A DNA stretch of 64,000 nt. Source: Lama glama (taxonomy: Eukaryota). A program made the translations under genes and the position numbers. The notes beneath the pieces were generated by a model that saw only the letters and a list, made by a program, of their open reading frames with translations, made no database searches and was not told the origin of the DNA. The stretch is from contig CM052816.1 of NCBI GenBank assembly GCA_028534125.1, positions 32,242,001-32,306,000 of the forward strand. The letters run 5' to 3'. Below are positions 63,761 to 64,000 of the stretch, piece by piece (the first letter of the stretch is position 1; each line of letters opens with the position of its first letter).

Positions 63761-64000
63761 AGAGACAAGCTTAGAATCAGTGCCATTGATCACAAGATGC
63801 ATGTGAGTTGTTCTTGTATGTACCGAACCAATAGCTATTCTTTCAATATTTCAGGTGTATAATTTAAGTTTTTTGAGATTCCTAAATGATGGTGATTTAG
63901 GGAGTCCTGAGTAGCTGGAAAAGCAAAATGACAATGCAATTCCCATTTGTACTCAAGCCAACTTAAATTTAAGACAAAAAGGCACTCTGAAAAATAACAG

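Noticed and set aside
1..64000. CRISPR arrays, operons, rRNA genes or other prokaryote-type systems
   Set aside because: The sequence is mammalian; no regularly spaced repeat-spacer arrays or dense ORF runs are present.

Overview
Mammalian, AT-rich, repeat-dense genomic DNA, almost certainly from a camelid (a vic-1-type tRNA-derived SINE sits at ~59.6-59.7 kb). The only genic part is the right end. There, a CpG-island promoter (~57.4-58.1 kb) drives the + strand snoRNA host lncRNA EPB41L4A-AS1 (TIGA1), which carries an intact intronic H/ACA snoRNA, SNORA13 (58468-58602). It lies tail-to-tail with the last coding exon and 3' UTR of EPB41L4A on the - strand (CDS 61788-61916, ending ...KTIQASRLKIET*). 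The first ~57 kb is intergenic and made largely of L1, L2, L3/CR1, MIR, MaLR/ERVL/ERV1 LTRs and hAT/Tigger DNA transposons. The most unusual element is a decayed Ty3/Gypsy (MamGyp-like) provirus on the - strand at ~33.9-36.8 kb. It still shows an LTR, a PBS-like start, a PNMA-like Gag (N-terminal domain, capsid, degenerate zinc knuckle) and a protease remnant in colinear order, with a near-perfect direct repeat bracketing the gag. A related solo LTR lies at ~15.3-16.0 kb. Other leads are a strongly defined NAGNAG microexon candidate (44798-44827, - strand), CTCF-like motifs, and a young LTR just upstream of the AS1 promoter. All family and gene assignments come from recalled consensus or protein sequences, not database searches. 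Almost all ORFs in the supplied track are spurious. I found no convincing wholly new functional system.
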